Assembly: GCF_011745625.1 (NCBI RefSeq)
Contig: NW_027191474.1
Location: 186,001 to 250,000, forward strand
Direction: 5' to 3'
Origin: Cladosporium halotolerans
Lineage: Eukaryota
Length of the DNA: 64,000 nucleotides
Part shown: positions 20,981 through 32,941 of the stretch, in pieces
How the letters are laid out: every line of letters begins with the position of its first letter
Position numbering within the stretch: the stretch's first letter is position 1
The notes under the pieces: generated by a model
The model's database searches: none
What the model was told of the DNA's origin: nothing
Seen by the model: only the letters and a program-made list of their open reading frames with translations
Position numbers and translations under genes: made by a program

Positions 20981-22738
20981 ATGGCGTCCCTCCACCAGCA
21001 AACATCAGTCCCAATTCGGTCCTCGAACAAAGAATCCGACTGGTCGAGCTTCTGCAACAACGTCTTTGAAGAATACCTCGATGACGATGACCTCTTCGCC
21101 GTCGAACCCCGTCATTCGCGCGATCGAAGCAGCTCGGACGACTCAGGCCAGCATCTCTTTGACTTCTCAGGGTCTTCAGAACAAAGCAACCACACCACTG
21201 GCACCTCGCCTATTCCTTCCTGGGAACATGCTGGACTCCACACCCCAGTTTTGGAGGCACAGCAGCCCAAAGCACAGGAGAGCGTGGGTTTCTGGAAGCG
21301 CACGCTGAAGGCACTGGAGCAGAACGCGGCCGAATCTGAACAGAAGCAGCGTGTTCTGCGCACCACAAAATCACATCCAGACTTTCTGAGCCTTGGAGGC
21401 CATCCTTCACCACCAGCTATACCGTCTTCTCCCACCGACCAATCACTGTCCGTCCAACGCCGCCGCGTCTCCCGTCCCGGCGCCGCAAACGGAAATAAAC
21501 CATCAACTGCGTCAGCGATACGGTCTGTCTCACGTGGGAGACCCACGGGGGTGTGCAAAACTACCTCAGTAGCTGGGGCCGCCAATCCTTATGCCACTGT
21601 CCGCAAAGTCAGCACCTCCCCTCACAAGATGATGACTCCGTCGCGTTACCGCGCAGGCTTCAAGGATGTCTGGGCCGAAAAGATCGAGCAAAGCGGCGAC
21701 CGCGACAAGTATCACCTTCATATGCCATCACGTGCGCACGATCACCCCACCTTCCCGGCGTCGCCGCCGCCTTCGGCCAGAATGTCCCAGGATGCCTTTT
21801 CTGCATTCGGTTCGCCTTTGGCCCCGACCCAGCTCGCTCCCCTGCCGGCTTACGATCCGGAGTTGTCGCCGTTGACCGATTGCTTCCAACAACAGGCCAG
21901 GATCCATACACCGATTGCCTCGCCTTTGTTCGAACCGCAAGATGACACGCCTTACTTCGACGCTGTCCCAGCAGTCCCGTCAGTACCCGTCGATCCGTAT
22001 GCTCTTCACGCTGTACCGCTGAACGACACCAGTCCTGTGTTTCCGGATAGAACATCATCTCTCGTGGCAAATAGAATCGGCTTTTTCGACTTCGGTTTCG
22101 GGAGCACGACCACCGGAGTCGACAGCTGGGCACCGGACGCGCTGTCTCCACCCCCAACAACACAGTACTTCCACGACCCCTTCGCAGGCCTCCCTCACGC
22201 CGTCCTCCCCACGACAGAACACCACGAACCTCTCGTAACCGGCCTCGGCATCAGCTGCGACCCATCCCTCGTCTCAGCCCCACCCCACGCCACAGCCGAC
22301 TTCGCCCCTCTACCCCCAATCGACTACCAAACAATGCCCCTCCCCCACGGCCTCCCAACCACACCCCACAGACGCTCGCGCCTCCGCTCCGACTCTCCCT
22401 CCCCACCCCTCACCGAACCTCGCAGCGCCCGCCGCGCGACCCGCGGGCCCTCCGGCTCCCGCTCGCGCTGCACCTCCCGCCACCGCCGCGCGAAATCCAC
22501 AAACAGCACGCCGCGCCACCCGCCCGCGGCGGAGAAGAGCGGCTTCGTCAATTTCACGCCCCACGACAGTACCAAGATCCTCAGCGGCGTGGCGCCGTCG
22601 GGCAGCTCGAAGACGAAGGCTAGGCGGGAGAAGGAGGCGGCGGATAAGAGGAGGCGGTTGAGCCAGGCGGCTGTTAGGGCGGTTGTGGAGGCTGGGGGGG
22701 ATTTGGATGGGCTTGCTAAGGCGGGGTTGTTGGCGTGA
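20981..22738 (+). CDS. wetA: Developmental regulator WetA
   Basis: Intronless 585 aa Pro/Ser-rich ORF ending in the conserved ESC1/WetA domain GFVNFTPHDSTKILSGVAPSGSSKTKARREKEAADKRRRLSQAAVRAVVEAGGD; also has the HPDFLSLGG box. Confidence 0.9.
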   Translation: MASLHQQTSVPIRSSNKESDWSSFCNNVFEEYLDDDDLFAVEPRHSRDRSSSDDSGQHLFDFSGSSEQSNHTTGTSPIPSWEHAGLHTPVLEAQQPKAQESVGFWKRTLKALEQNAAESEQKQRVLRTTKSHPDFLSLGGHPSPPAIPSSPTDQSLSVQRRRVSRPGAANGNKPSTASAIRSVSRGRPTGVCKTTSVAGAANPYATVRKVSTSPHKMMTPSRYRAGFKDVWAEKIEQSGDRDKYHLHMPSRAHDHPTFPASPPPSARMSQDAFSAFGSPLAPTQLAPLPAYDPELSPLTDCFQQQARIHTPIASPLFEPQDDTPYFDAVPAVPSVPVDPYALHAVPLNDTSPVFPDRTSSLVANRIGFFDFGFGSTTTGVDSWAPDALSPPPTTQYFHDPFAGLPHAVLPTTEHHEPLVTGLGISCDPSLVSAPPHATADFAPLPPIDYQTMPLPHGLPTTPHRRSRLRSDSPSPPLTEPRSARRATRGPSGSRSRCTSRHRRAKSTNSTPRHPPAAEKSGFVNFTPHDSTKILSGVAPSGSSKTKARREKEAADKRRRLSQAAVRAVVEAGGDLDGLAKAGLLA

Positions 22739-22894
22739 ATGGACGTGTTTTGGGGGCTGGAGAGGGTGCTGAGGATAGGATGTGACTTGGAATGCTATGT
22801 CTGTACATGACTTTAGCTGTTCTGGGGCCAGTGCTAGAAGCCAGGAAAGCCCTCAGAGTTCAACAACGTGGATCACGAAATCCCTGCGCAAAGT

Positions 22895-24166
22895 CTAAAG
22901 CCAGAATGTGCCCACGGCGACAGCCACTACGAGACCCATGCCCGAGAACGACGGCGAACCCACCTGCAGCGCAGCCTTCGACGAACTCGTCGCCGACGCA
23001 GAAGACGACGTCTTCGACCCAGACCCCGAGGTCGGAGTGCCCGACCCCGATCCCCCAGTAGCAACGTTCCTCGCCGTCATGTTCCACCTCTCAAAGAACT
23101 TAATGAACACCCTCGTCGCGCTGAGATCCGACGCCGATTTCGTAGGCCACTTATGCCCCAGCTCCGGCAGATAATACGACTGCACCATGCCCGCCGTCTC
23201 GCCCTGCCCAAACGAATAGTGCGTGATATCCGTCCCCTCCACAGTCGAACTTTCGTTCTTCGAGTCCAGCCCATCCCGCTCCGCCCACGCAGTCACAAAG
23301 TGCGGCACAGAAGGCAGGCACGAGTTGCGCCGCTCGCCGCCCTCGTAGCTGATGACCTTATCGGAGCCACCATTCGTGAAGATCATCGGCACTTTCGTCC
23401 CGTTGTTGTCGCACGCCAATGGCACGGTGTCCGGCTCGCAGGCGCCCGTGACGTTGTTCTGGTAGTAGGCGCCGCTGGCGGCGGCGAAGGCGGCGAATTT
23501 CGTCGACGCCACGGCGTCGCACGCGAGGATGTTGGCTACGAAGCCGCCGCCGTTGCTGAGGCCCGAGGCGTAGATTCTCTCGGAGTCGATGCAGAGGCGG
23601 TCCGAGAGGCGGGCGAGGAGCTCGAGCGTGAAGGCGACGTCGTTGGCGTGGGACGTGGGGTCGCCTTGCCATTGTTGCTGGCCTGAGTCGGAGCTTGATG
23701 AGGAGTCGTCGTCGTACTCGTCGTACTCGTCGTCGTACTCGTCGTCGTTTTGGCGTCTGAGCCGCCGTCTGAGGTTGATGGAGTCCGAATCATCGTCTCC
23801 GGGATCGTCAATCTCGGACGTCGCCGTCCCATTACCCCTCTGAGCCTGCGGATACACAACGATATAGTCCGAGTTGTAGTCCTTATCCGACAACCTCGTG
23901 ATCTTCTCCTGGTGCTCCGCGTCCTTGCCCCGCCCCGCAAACGACCAGATCATCCCCGCCGGCGTGGCGACGTCGTACGTCTCGGGGATGTGCAGCAAGT
24001 AGCGCCTCTTCGGGCTGCCGGAGGGCCCGAACGTCATGGCATTGCTCTTGCCCTCTTCGCCCTTCGTGAGGCCTTTGGGCAGAGCTTTGCCGCAGCCGGC
24101 GGACTTCGATGCGTGCGTTGTCCCGGCGCTCGCCAGCAAGGCGGACACGAAAAGAGCGACATGCAT
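22895..24166 (-). CDS. Carbohydrate esterase family 1-like (feruloyl esterase/PHB-depolymerase-like) alpha/beta hydrolase, probably GPI-anchored
   Basis: ATG 24166 with signal peptide then SAGCGK. RRYLLHIPETY, DVAFTLELL...CIDSERIYASGLSNGGG (nucleophile elbow), D in GSDKVI, H in LGHKWP. Ser-rich stalk and hydrophobic C-terminus. Confidence 0.85.
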   Translation of the reverse strand: MHVALFVSALLASAGTTHASKSAGCGKALPKGLTKGEEGKSNAMTFGPSGSPKRRYLLHIPETYDVATPAGMIWSFAGRGKDAEHQEKITRLSDKDYNSDYIVVYPQAQRGNGTATSEIDDPGDDDSDSINLRRRLRRQNDDEYDDEYDEYDDDSSSSSDSGQQQWQGDPTSHANDVAFTLELLARLSDRLCIDSERIYASGLSNGGGFVANILACDAVASTKFAAFAAASGAYYQNNVTGACEPDTVPLACDNNGTKVPMIFTNGGSDKVISYEGGERRNSCLPSVPHFVTAWAERDGLDSKNESSTVEGTDITHYSFGQGETAGMVQSYYLPELGHKWPTKSASDLSATRVFIKFFERWNMTARNVATGGSGSGTPTSGSGSKTSSSASATSSSKAALQVGSPSFSGMGLVVAVAVGTFWL

Positions 24167-24822
24167 CGTGTGCAGAGTACGAGAAAGACCGAGATAGAAA
24201 AAGAAAAGAGCGGATCGAGCAGCGCGGTTTTTCCAAACCTCCCGGCCCGGATCTCGCACGATGTTATTATATCAACACTACGTCCCCCCATCCCACCTCC
24301 GTCCGGCATGCAGGAACCCGCGCGCCCGGGACCGCAGCCGCGATATATACACAGAGGCGCTGATTGGCCATGTTTACGAAGCGTCGAGTCGGTATCGGTA
24401 CGGAGTCATCAGTCGAAGTACCTCCGGGATACGAAGAGGAGCGCGTAACCGAAAGGTTAAATGTGAGGCTTAGCTGTTGGGCTGGAAGGCTAAGGATGTG
24501 ACAGAAGAGAGGTGACGCCCCTGGTGGCTTTGGATCAGAAACGCCGGGGCGGCGTTCTGGGCCGCGCGGCCGCGCGATTGTGCGCGGGGCGCCTTGATTC
24601 GCCGTTGTTACGATGGTTTTGCGGCGCTGCGACATTTGGACGCGTGGGCGGCTGGAAATAGAAAATGTGCTCGGCGCGCGCGATTTAGAGTCTGGGTTAA
24701 GCATTGACAAGCATTTTGCGGTGGGTGCTGGTGCCGGCGAGGAGGATGCGGATTCACGCGTGTGGTTGCACGTGCTTCGGAGTTCTCGGCATGTGAGGAT
24801 ACGTGCTTTTGCCTATCGATTG

Positions 24823-26662
24823 CTAATTTCTACGTAGGCTTTGCGTTTGATTGACACGGTCGACTGCGAACCAGCTCGAGCCCGTCTCCAGCATGCCTGT
24901 GTGAGGGTTGCAAGCAACATACACCAATCGGCCAAAGTCCTTCATGTAGAAAACTTCGCCTTCTTCCTCGGAGCATTGACACCAGCACATGCTTGTCTCT
25001 AGAAAACGGGCTTCTGTGGGAATGTCTTCGCAACCGAGTGACACGGAGGCTGCGTCGTTCAGGAGTCTCGCGCGAAACTCTTCTTGCTCGATGATATGCG
25101 TGTAGTGTGCGACGAGGTACGGCGTGTCAAAGACCCCGCGAAAGTCGAGCGACGAGAGGATGTGTATTGCTCGCCGTCTGATGCTAGACGACCGGCACTT
25201 TTCCACGACGAGACACATGCACGAAGCCAAATTGTTACCCACGTTAGGAAGGCAACGCAGACCGTGCGTCCGGGCTGTCTTGCAGCTGGACGTGGATTGC
25301 TCGAGAACGTACCGTTCGGCGACACTGACTGCTCGTTCGAACTCCGCTTCTAGCGTATCGCAGATCGTTTGGTCGTGATCCTGTATCGTCCGCAGAGCCA
25401 TCCAAGCTTGCAGGAATTGCACTTCGAGGAGCATGATCGGCTTTGACTCAGGCTTCGATTGTAGCAAGTAGGAGAAGGATGCCCGCCATTGCTCGAGAGC
25501 CGAAAGACCCTTGTTGACCTTGTGGGTGAAAGTCGGGTCGCTCTCTTCAATCGGTATTCGAGACATCGCAATGATCCAACAGTCGTCTATACATACGTGC
25601 GAGTTGAGTGCTCCTTGCTTCGGCGCGTGCAGACCGAAGCGGCGTTCGGAGGCGATGAACGACTCCTCTTCAAGCTTGTTGGTCTGGCTACACAGGGCGT
25701 CGAGATGGACCGAGGCGTCTCGGGCAGACTGGAAATGAGCCGGCAGGCTTTCGCCGCAAATGGCTTGCAGCGGCCAGGTCTCTCCGCCGTAGTAGTTGGG
25801 CCCTGAAACAAGCCAGTCCGAAGCGAGACGCAGGAAGACTTGGTTCAGCACGTCGCTTGCGCCATTCACTCTTGTTGATAGTACCAGTGTGCTGTAGCTT
25901 TGCGGGCTCGCTTGATCGGTGTCGCTACCGGACGTACGGACCAGACTCAAGGCTCCTTCGAGGTGCTTCATCGCAAGCTCGTCTTGGCCGCAAAGAATCT
26001 CGAAGCAAAACAGTAGCAGGGTGACAACGAGTGTCACATCTCTAGCATCGGCCAGTCCGGCCTGCGGAGCGGCCTCGATGCATTTGCGAAGCGCCACGAT
26101 GGCCCTTTGGTATCTCTCAAACGGGCCAGTGGATAGATTAGTGCCGACGCCTGATCCAGACTCCGATTCATTCAATGTGCGGTGCAAGCAGCCAAGAGCA
26201 GCTACTGCATGACCGACGGCCGGCTCTGAGGCTCCGTGGGGCAGGATGATGTTGGACCACGGAAGGCCGAGGTCGCTACCAGGAAGATCGTGCATGGTAT
26301 ACAGGCGGAAGAAATCTAGATGCATCGCATCAAGTTGCTGGAAGCCATTTGACTTCACCACTGGAGCGAAACATGGCTTTGGCAAGAGGACCGTGTTCTG
26401 CAGTGGGCGGCCGCCTCGCACGCCAGCCAGGCGATCAGTGTAGCCACCGCAGGCACGCTTTGAAACGGTGCATTTTCGACAAAATGGGCGTTGTTCATCG
26501 CATTTCAGATGGCGTGCCCTAAGCGAAATTAGACCGATAAATAAGCTGAAGATGGGAAATGCATGCAGTCAGATGCACAACTTACTTGCAGGTGCGGCAG
26601 CCCGTCCTGACTTTGGGCGCACTGGCGCGTGTGTGGATCTTGGCCGTAGAGGACATGGACAT
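24823..26662 (-). CDS. Zn(II)2Cys6 transcription factor (Fungal_trans_2-like C-terminal region)
   Basis: ATG 26662; intron 26585-26519 joins KVRTGCRTCK to ARHLKCDEQRPFCRKCTVSKRACGGY. Downstream EPAVGHAVAALGCLH, LLLFCFEILCG...AMKHLEGA, and KCRSSSIRRRAIHIL. Confidence 0.9.
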
Positions 26663-27376
26663 CGCAGTGATCTCGCGCACATCGCCTGTGTTGTCCCCGT
26701 GTGCTATGGAACATTTTGCGGGGATTTTTGCAGCAATGTAACCATTTGCCATGTGGTCAAATGAAGGACCTGGATGTCAACGGATGCCGCGGCCAACGTG
26801 AGGCGAAGTTGTTTCGGACACCGCCTCAGCCGAGTCCTGCCGGCAGCGCCGTAGGGCGAGACCACGCGGCGCAGCCGTCAATACGAAAAAGCTAGCCGCT
26901 AATTTTGCGCTACCGGTAAATACTGCTGCCCATTGCGCTCCTTCGTAAAACGGACCAATGGCGTGCGCTGGTGGGAACGGATGCCTCTAGCCACAGTCTA
27001 CCTACTGGACGGCCTCTCACATGCAGGATGGCAGGCTGCATCCTTCGTATACAAAGTTGCCGTTGGCTTACAGTGGTCATGTCGTAAAATAAGCTCACTT
27101 CAGCCGGCCAGCCAGCCTCGTGAGCGAGTTGTTCATTAAGACCAGCGTTCGCTTCTCATGTTGCGACGACGATCTCATGCCTGACGATACGACTTCACTT
27201 CTAGCACCCCTAAGCCTGCTGTTTAGAAAACATACCTGGCGCTGACCTGGAGCACCTGCTTGTGCCATCGACTAGCAAGAATGCCCGCATTGCAACTGCC
27301 CACAAGAGAGTGGATCGCGAAGATCGAGCCCAAGGCACTAGAAACACGCACGCCCAACGGCAAACAATCCATCGAC

Positions 27377-27715
27377 ATGCGGCGAGCGACAATGATCTGG
27401 ATCGACGAGTTCGACAACCCCGTGGAATTACCGACACCTCCAGAAACAATCACCCTTTCGCGAAAACAGCGCTGTCGCAACCAGCAAGGCTCAGCGATGT
27501 CTGGCTGGCTCACCAACGGCCGCCTTCCACCACACCGGCTCGGACAGTCCAGCACGCTCGTCATCGACGACTGTTACACCGAGGGACTGGTCGACGGGTT
27601 TGACTCTGTGTTGATGGCCGCCATGCTGTTTGCTGCAATTGCCATCATGGCCATGGGAATTGTTTGGTGGCTGAAGTCCTGGCAAGCAAGGCGAAAAGAC
27701 GTGGTAAAAGATTGA
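27377..27715 (+). CDS. Possible small protein with a single C-terminal transmembrane helix
   Basis: About 110 aa ORF (ATG 27377 or 27392) with hydrophobic VLMAAMLFAAIAIMAMGIVWWL followed by a basic tail. No family recognised. Confidence 0.35.
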   Translation: MRRATMIWIDEFDNPVELPTPPETITLSRKQRCRNQQGSAMSGWLTNGRLPPHRLGQSSTLVIDDCYTEGLVDGFDSVLMAAMLFAAIAIMAMGIVWWLKSWQARRKDVVKD

Positions 27716-28948
27716 TGGCGTCCTTGAAAAGCGGCCATTAAGACATGTGAGACGGATTCCGATGCTGCAGCCACCTAGAAGCTGGCTCGATGAAGAGCCG
27801 ATGTGGTGTCTGTGGGTCACTCATGGCGGCCAGGTCAACAGAGAACTCTCGCTCTACTCTCAACGATTCTCCCCAGGACAAAGTGCAAGCATGACTGCCA
27901 ACACTCTCCGATCAAACCTCACGAAGCACCATCGCCAGGCCTCAGAGTGATGGCGAGAGTACCGGCTTCACAGGCTAGCGTATTTCCGTTTTCTAGAATT
28001 GGGCACAGGTCATGCGTAACGCCGCGCTGCACATTTTGGTGTGGGCCGTGTCGCAAGGTCCGCTGCCATCAAAGCATGGTCGACAGAAATGGTGAGGCAA
28101 GCGGACTTTCGTCGCGTCCGTCAGCGAGATGCGTCCTTGCATTCTAAAAGCCAGTCTCGGCGGACTTTCGCAATCGGGTCAAAGAAGAAACATCCCGAAG
28201 ACGCGAATTCCTGGCCTCGGGGCCTGTTCTGGTCAAAGTGCATGCGACAAGTTGCCAGTCGGTGTCCAAGTCAGCAAGCCAAGAGATCATGAATCCGGGC
28301 TGCCGGGTCGGCGCGTGAGACGCTTCAGGCAGACAGACTTCGACCCAAGGGACGAGGCTTCATCGAAAGCCATTACTCTTCGCCAACTCCAACCCAGATC
28401 TCGAAGATCGTCGTCAAGTGCCAGCGGACAATACCGGAGTGTCTTTTGGGAAGCTGGAAGAGATGGTCGCAGAATACCAAGCCCGCTGGCGCCTTGGCTT
28501 CGGTGAGGGGTTGCGTACGCCAACAACTTCTGCCAATCATTGCTGGTTCGAGCGAAGACACATGCCATCGCTGTCACCAAATATTGACGCCCACGTGGAA
28601 GTAAGCAGCCGTCAATAACGCCAAATGGGCTCACGTCGACCACGATGAGCTTGTCGAAGCGTGCCAGCTTTGCGTTCCAACGCCGTCGGCACGCTATCGG
28701 TCACCAGAGCCTTCCATGTCCATGTTCTCAAAGCCAGGTCTTATCGGTAATGCCAATGATGGACACACCGAGCCAAGCATACAAACTCAAGGTTATCGGC
28801 ATGTCATTTCCCCAAGGTAGGCAGGTAGTGGGCCATTGTTGCATTCGTTATCCGAGAGCGGAGTATGTACATCCTCGCGTGGCAACCAGGATTGAGATAA
28901 AAGCCTGAATGATGAACCTCAACATATTCTTTCGATCAAGTGAAAACC

Positions 28949-30671
28949 ATGCTGCCACTTACAACGAAAGTGCACCTTGCGCTCCTCTGCCTAGGAGGTG
29001 CAGCCTCGGCGCAAAGTGCAGGAAGACCCGCTGGCACCTTTTACGGCGGCAACGATCTGGCGGTCAATTTTGATAGCGAAGCCGTGTCGCGAAACTTCGA
29101 GGATGTTGACATCCAGCTGTTGTCACCGGCTTTCACCAGCCCCGACACCATCCCATCCGGTTTCAGCAATGGCACTTCGGGCCCGACACCGGATCATGAA
29201 ATGGGTGAGACCCTTCCGTGTTGTTTGTTTCATCATTGAGGGTCGTACTGACATTCTACCAGATCACTTCATTCGATCAATTGCATTCCGCAACGACTGG
29301 ATCACTTACCATGGAGCGGAACTGCAGTCGGAGCAGGGCCGCGCGATTCCTTACCTTTTCTTGACACAGCCTTCTCATGCTGCAGCGGGTGGAAACTCCA
29401 CAGCGAACACCACGAGCAAGTCCGACAAGCTTCGTGTCTACTTCCAAGGTGCCATCCATGGAAACGAGCCCGCTGCCGACCAAGGCATTATGGCTCTGCT
29501 AGGCAAAATGGATGCCAACGCAACTTGGACCGCCAAACTTCTCGAGAAGCTGGACATCATGATCCTCCCTCGTTACAACCCTGACGGCGTCAGCTATTTC
29601 CAGCGCGAATTCGGCAGCAACATCGACCCCAATCGTGAGGGCACAAAGCTCGTTAAGCAACAGTCGCGAGACATCAGGACTCTGGTGTCCTCTTTCGACC
29701 CTCACGTTGTCGCCGACATGCACGAGTTCGGCGGTGCCAGCGTTTACGGCGGAGTCTACCGCCACGGCACAGATGCCATGATCGCGGGTGCGAAGAACCT
29801 CAACATCCACCCTGACATCCGCGAGCTCACGGAGCGGACGTTCTCCGACGGGGTCAGCGACTACCTCATTGCGAACGATATCCGCATCGAGCCATACGTC
29901 ACCGGCTCGACCAGCAGAGTTGAGGGTTCTCCGATCACGTTCGAAGAGGCTTCTGCGGCGCCGACAACTGGACGCAACGCTATGGGCCTCAGCCAGGCTG
30001 TGGTCATTCTGTGCGAGCTTCGAGGCATTGCCCTTGCCGACCAGCACTTCCAACGCCGCACAGTGTCCTCGCTGCTCATGCTGGAATCCATCCTTAACAT
30101 CGCCCACGACAACGCCCACCAAGTCCGCGAGACCATCGAGACCGCCGTCCAAGACTTCATCGACGGCGACGCCGAGATCGTCATCACAGACTCCCAGCCT
30201 AGCGAGAACCGCACCTTCACCATGGTCGACATCCGCAACGGCAGCCTCGTCCAAGCACCCATCGAGTTCCTCAGCTCCACGCCCGCTCTCGCAAACTTCA
30301 CTCGCCCCAAGCCCGAGGCCTACCTTATCCCGAAGGACTGGGAGACTGTCGTCGACCGCCTGCGCGTCATGGGCGTCGAGCTCGAGGAGCTGAAGGAGGA
30401 GTATCACGGTACCGTGCAGGCGTACAACATCACCACCTCGGAGCTGGACGGAGAGTACTACGAGGGCACCGTCTTGAACACGGTGACTACCAGCTTCTAC
30501 GAGACGGAGGTGGCCCTCCCCGCCGGCAGCTGGAGGGTCAGCACCAGGCAGAAGAACGCTGCTCAGGCGTTCGTTACTCTCGAGCCGGAGAGCCAGGTCT
30601 CGTATGTCAGCTTTGGCATTATTCCGGTCAGCGCTGGGTGGGAGTATCCTATCTTTAGGGAGATGGCTTGA
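28949..30671 (+). CDS. Secreted zinc carboxypeptidase (peptidase M14, carboxypeptidase 2-like)
   Basis: Signal peptide from ATG 28949; intron 29205-29262. GAIHGNEPA, PRYNPDG, DPNRE, DMHE, and ELRGIALADQHFQRR. Confidence 0.92.
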
Positions 30672-30914
30672 GGGATAAGGTGAATGTTGGAAAACTAGAT
30701 ATGAGCAATACAAAGCATTATCCGCACTTCTTTATTGGAGTCAGCATATCGCCGTGTTCTAGCCTTAGACGTCAATGTGGAATGCATGTCCCTGCCTGGA
30801 ATTACTCAAGTGGTTGAAGGTGTGGCACCCGGAAAATCTGATGATGCAAAATTTAGCAGGATCTATATTTTGTTGGCCCGCCGCAAGTAATAAGAATTGC
30901 GTGTTTCTTAAGTA

Positions 30915-31011
30915 GCATTGGTGGTTTAGTGGTAAAATTGGCCGTTGCCATTCGAGTGGACCTTCCACCGCATGATTCGGCCAGCCCCGGGTTCGATTCC
31001 CGGCCGATGCA
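30915..31011 (+). tRNA. tRNA-Gly(GCC) with 26-nt intron
   Basis: Acceptor stem GCATTGG/CCGATGC plus discriminator A; A box TGGTTTAGTGG; anticodon stem GGCCG/CGGCC with GCC at 30947-30949; intron 30951-30976 at the canonical 37/38 position; T-loop GGTTCGATTCC; TTTT terminator. Confidence 0.96.
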
Positions 31012-31216
31012 TTTTGCTCTGTGAGTCTCCCTGAGTCTCCCTTTTTGCTAGCAGTACCGCATGTTTACTACTACGCGAATTGAAAGATCTTATGCAATGC
31101 CATCGAAAAGCGTTCATGAAGTGGCAAGCTTCTTTTTGGTGGCTAATTCATGTCTAGCGGGACGCTTCTACACGCTCATACGACTGTCACTCTTCAATTC
31201 AGCTTATTGTTGTGTA

Positions 31217-32022
31217 TCATGTCCTGCCGCCAGTAATCTCGACGACACTTCCATTCATGTATCTTGCCTCGTCACTAATGGGAAACGAAATGTCAGCAGA
31301 CTTCCTGAAGCGACAGAACCTAAACCGGAACATAACACGTACCTGAACAAGAAGGCGACCACATCAGCAATCTCAGCAGCAGTGCCCATCCTTCCCATCC
31401 CGCTCTTCTCCTCCTGCTTCTTGACCGCGTCGCCGCCCGCTACAACGCCAGCATTGGTCGGCGTGTCGATGTAGCCCGGCGCCACAGCGTTGATCCTTAT
31501 CCCCTTTGGACCGAGCTCCAGAGCCATCGATTTGGTAAACCCGTTGATGCCGAATTTAGTCATGCAGTAGACCGACATGCGCGATGCGACTGAGACGCCC
31601 ATGATGGAGCTCACGTTGACGATGCTGGAGCCGGGCTTCAGATGAGGGATCGCCGCGCGGGTGATGGCGAAGGTGCCTTTGAGGTTTGTCGCGACGAGCT
31701 TGTCGAAATACTCGTCCGTGGTGTCTGTGAGGTCGATTCCTGTGGGGTTGATGCCTGCGCAATTGAAGACGAAATCTAGACGCCCTAAGGCTTTGATGGT
31801 GTTTTCGACGAATTTCGGGCAGGCTTCTGAGCTGGAGATGTCGGACTGCTCGGAGTATGTGTTCTCGCCGATCATGCGATGTGTTTCCGAGACGCTGTCA
31901 TGGTTGATATCCTGGATTGATAATGTGGCACCTAGAGATGCGATCTTGAGAGCTGTTGCGCGGCCGATGCCGGAGCCGGCGCCTGTGATTAGACAGACCT
32001 TTCCTTTGAAGTCGTAAGGCAT
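31217..32022 (-). CDS. Classical short-chain dehydrogenase/reductase (FabG-like)
   Basis: ATG 32022. TGAGSGIG, FNCAGI, NVSS, catalytic YCMTK, NAVAPG; intron 31342-31275; last exon SDEARYMNGSVVEITGGRT*. Confidence 0.93.
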
Positions 32023-32941
32023 GTTTAGCTTGAGATGAGGTAGTTTCAATAATGAAGAATGAGTAGTTGTTATATCTCGTATTGATTTGAAGGTGAAAGA
32101 TAGCCTTTCAAGATAACAGTATCACGATATGTACCGGGATCGGCTCCTGCGGGGCAGCTCCACCATGATGTATTTTATGACCAACTTCAACAGCTCCGAT
32201 TATCAATTCAGGAGGATCATTCATAACAATTCGAGCCAAGATCATTCGCTCTACTACATCAACCGTAATCGACGTGGGCTTCTCTCGTTGAACAAGTTCG
32301 AAGATTGCGGGTGTCCAGTCTCACAAAGCTTCCCTTACTTTTGTCGACTGACCAGATATAATTAGCCCTCAGACATGCCGTGGCCACAACTGTCGGTCTA
32401 TCCCATAATATAGGGAGAATATGAAAGAAACCTTTTGCAGAAGCTGCTGCAAGTGTGGCGCTGCCAGGTAACACACACAGCACACATGGCGTCGCCCCAA
32501 ACGGCAGGCGACGTCGAATTGCGAACCCGAGGTCTCAGTCCCGATAAAGACATGTGCAAGGGTCATTTGGGCTATCACCAGGTTTCGCTGCCACAATCAT
32601 TGTGGATGGAAAGGAAGGCACAAAGTCGTACCACCAACGCATCACGATATCTCAAGCCTCAGCTCCTTGTGGAAGCACCTTGAGACATGTTGCAGATTAT
32701 CAATGAGGGCTGATTTTACAGTTGTGTGTTCCAAACAACAGCTAATGCCAGTCCTTGTGAATAGGATAGTCATCGGAGGTGGTAGCACGGAGGAGGGTCC
32801 AGCAGTCACATTCCTTGCTTCTACGCAAGGGCGAGATCATGTCGATACCAACCCTTCGACAGGCTTCACTATTGGAATCCGACAGCTCACATTGATCAGG
32901 ACGTCTTCTCAGTGCACTCTTGAGAGCGCATTTGGAGCAGC

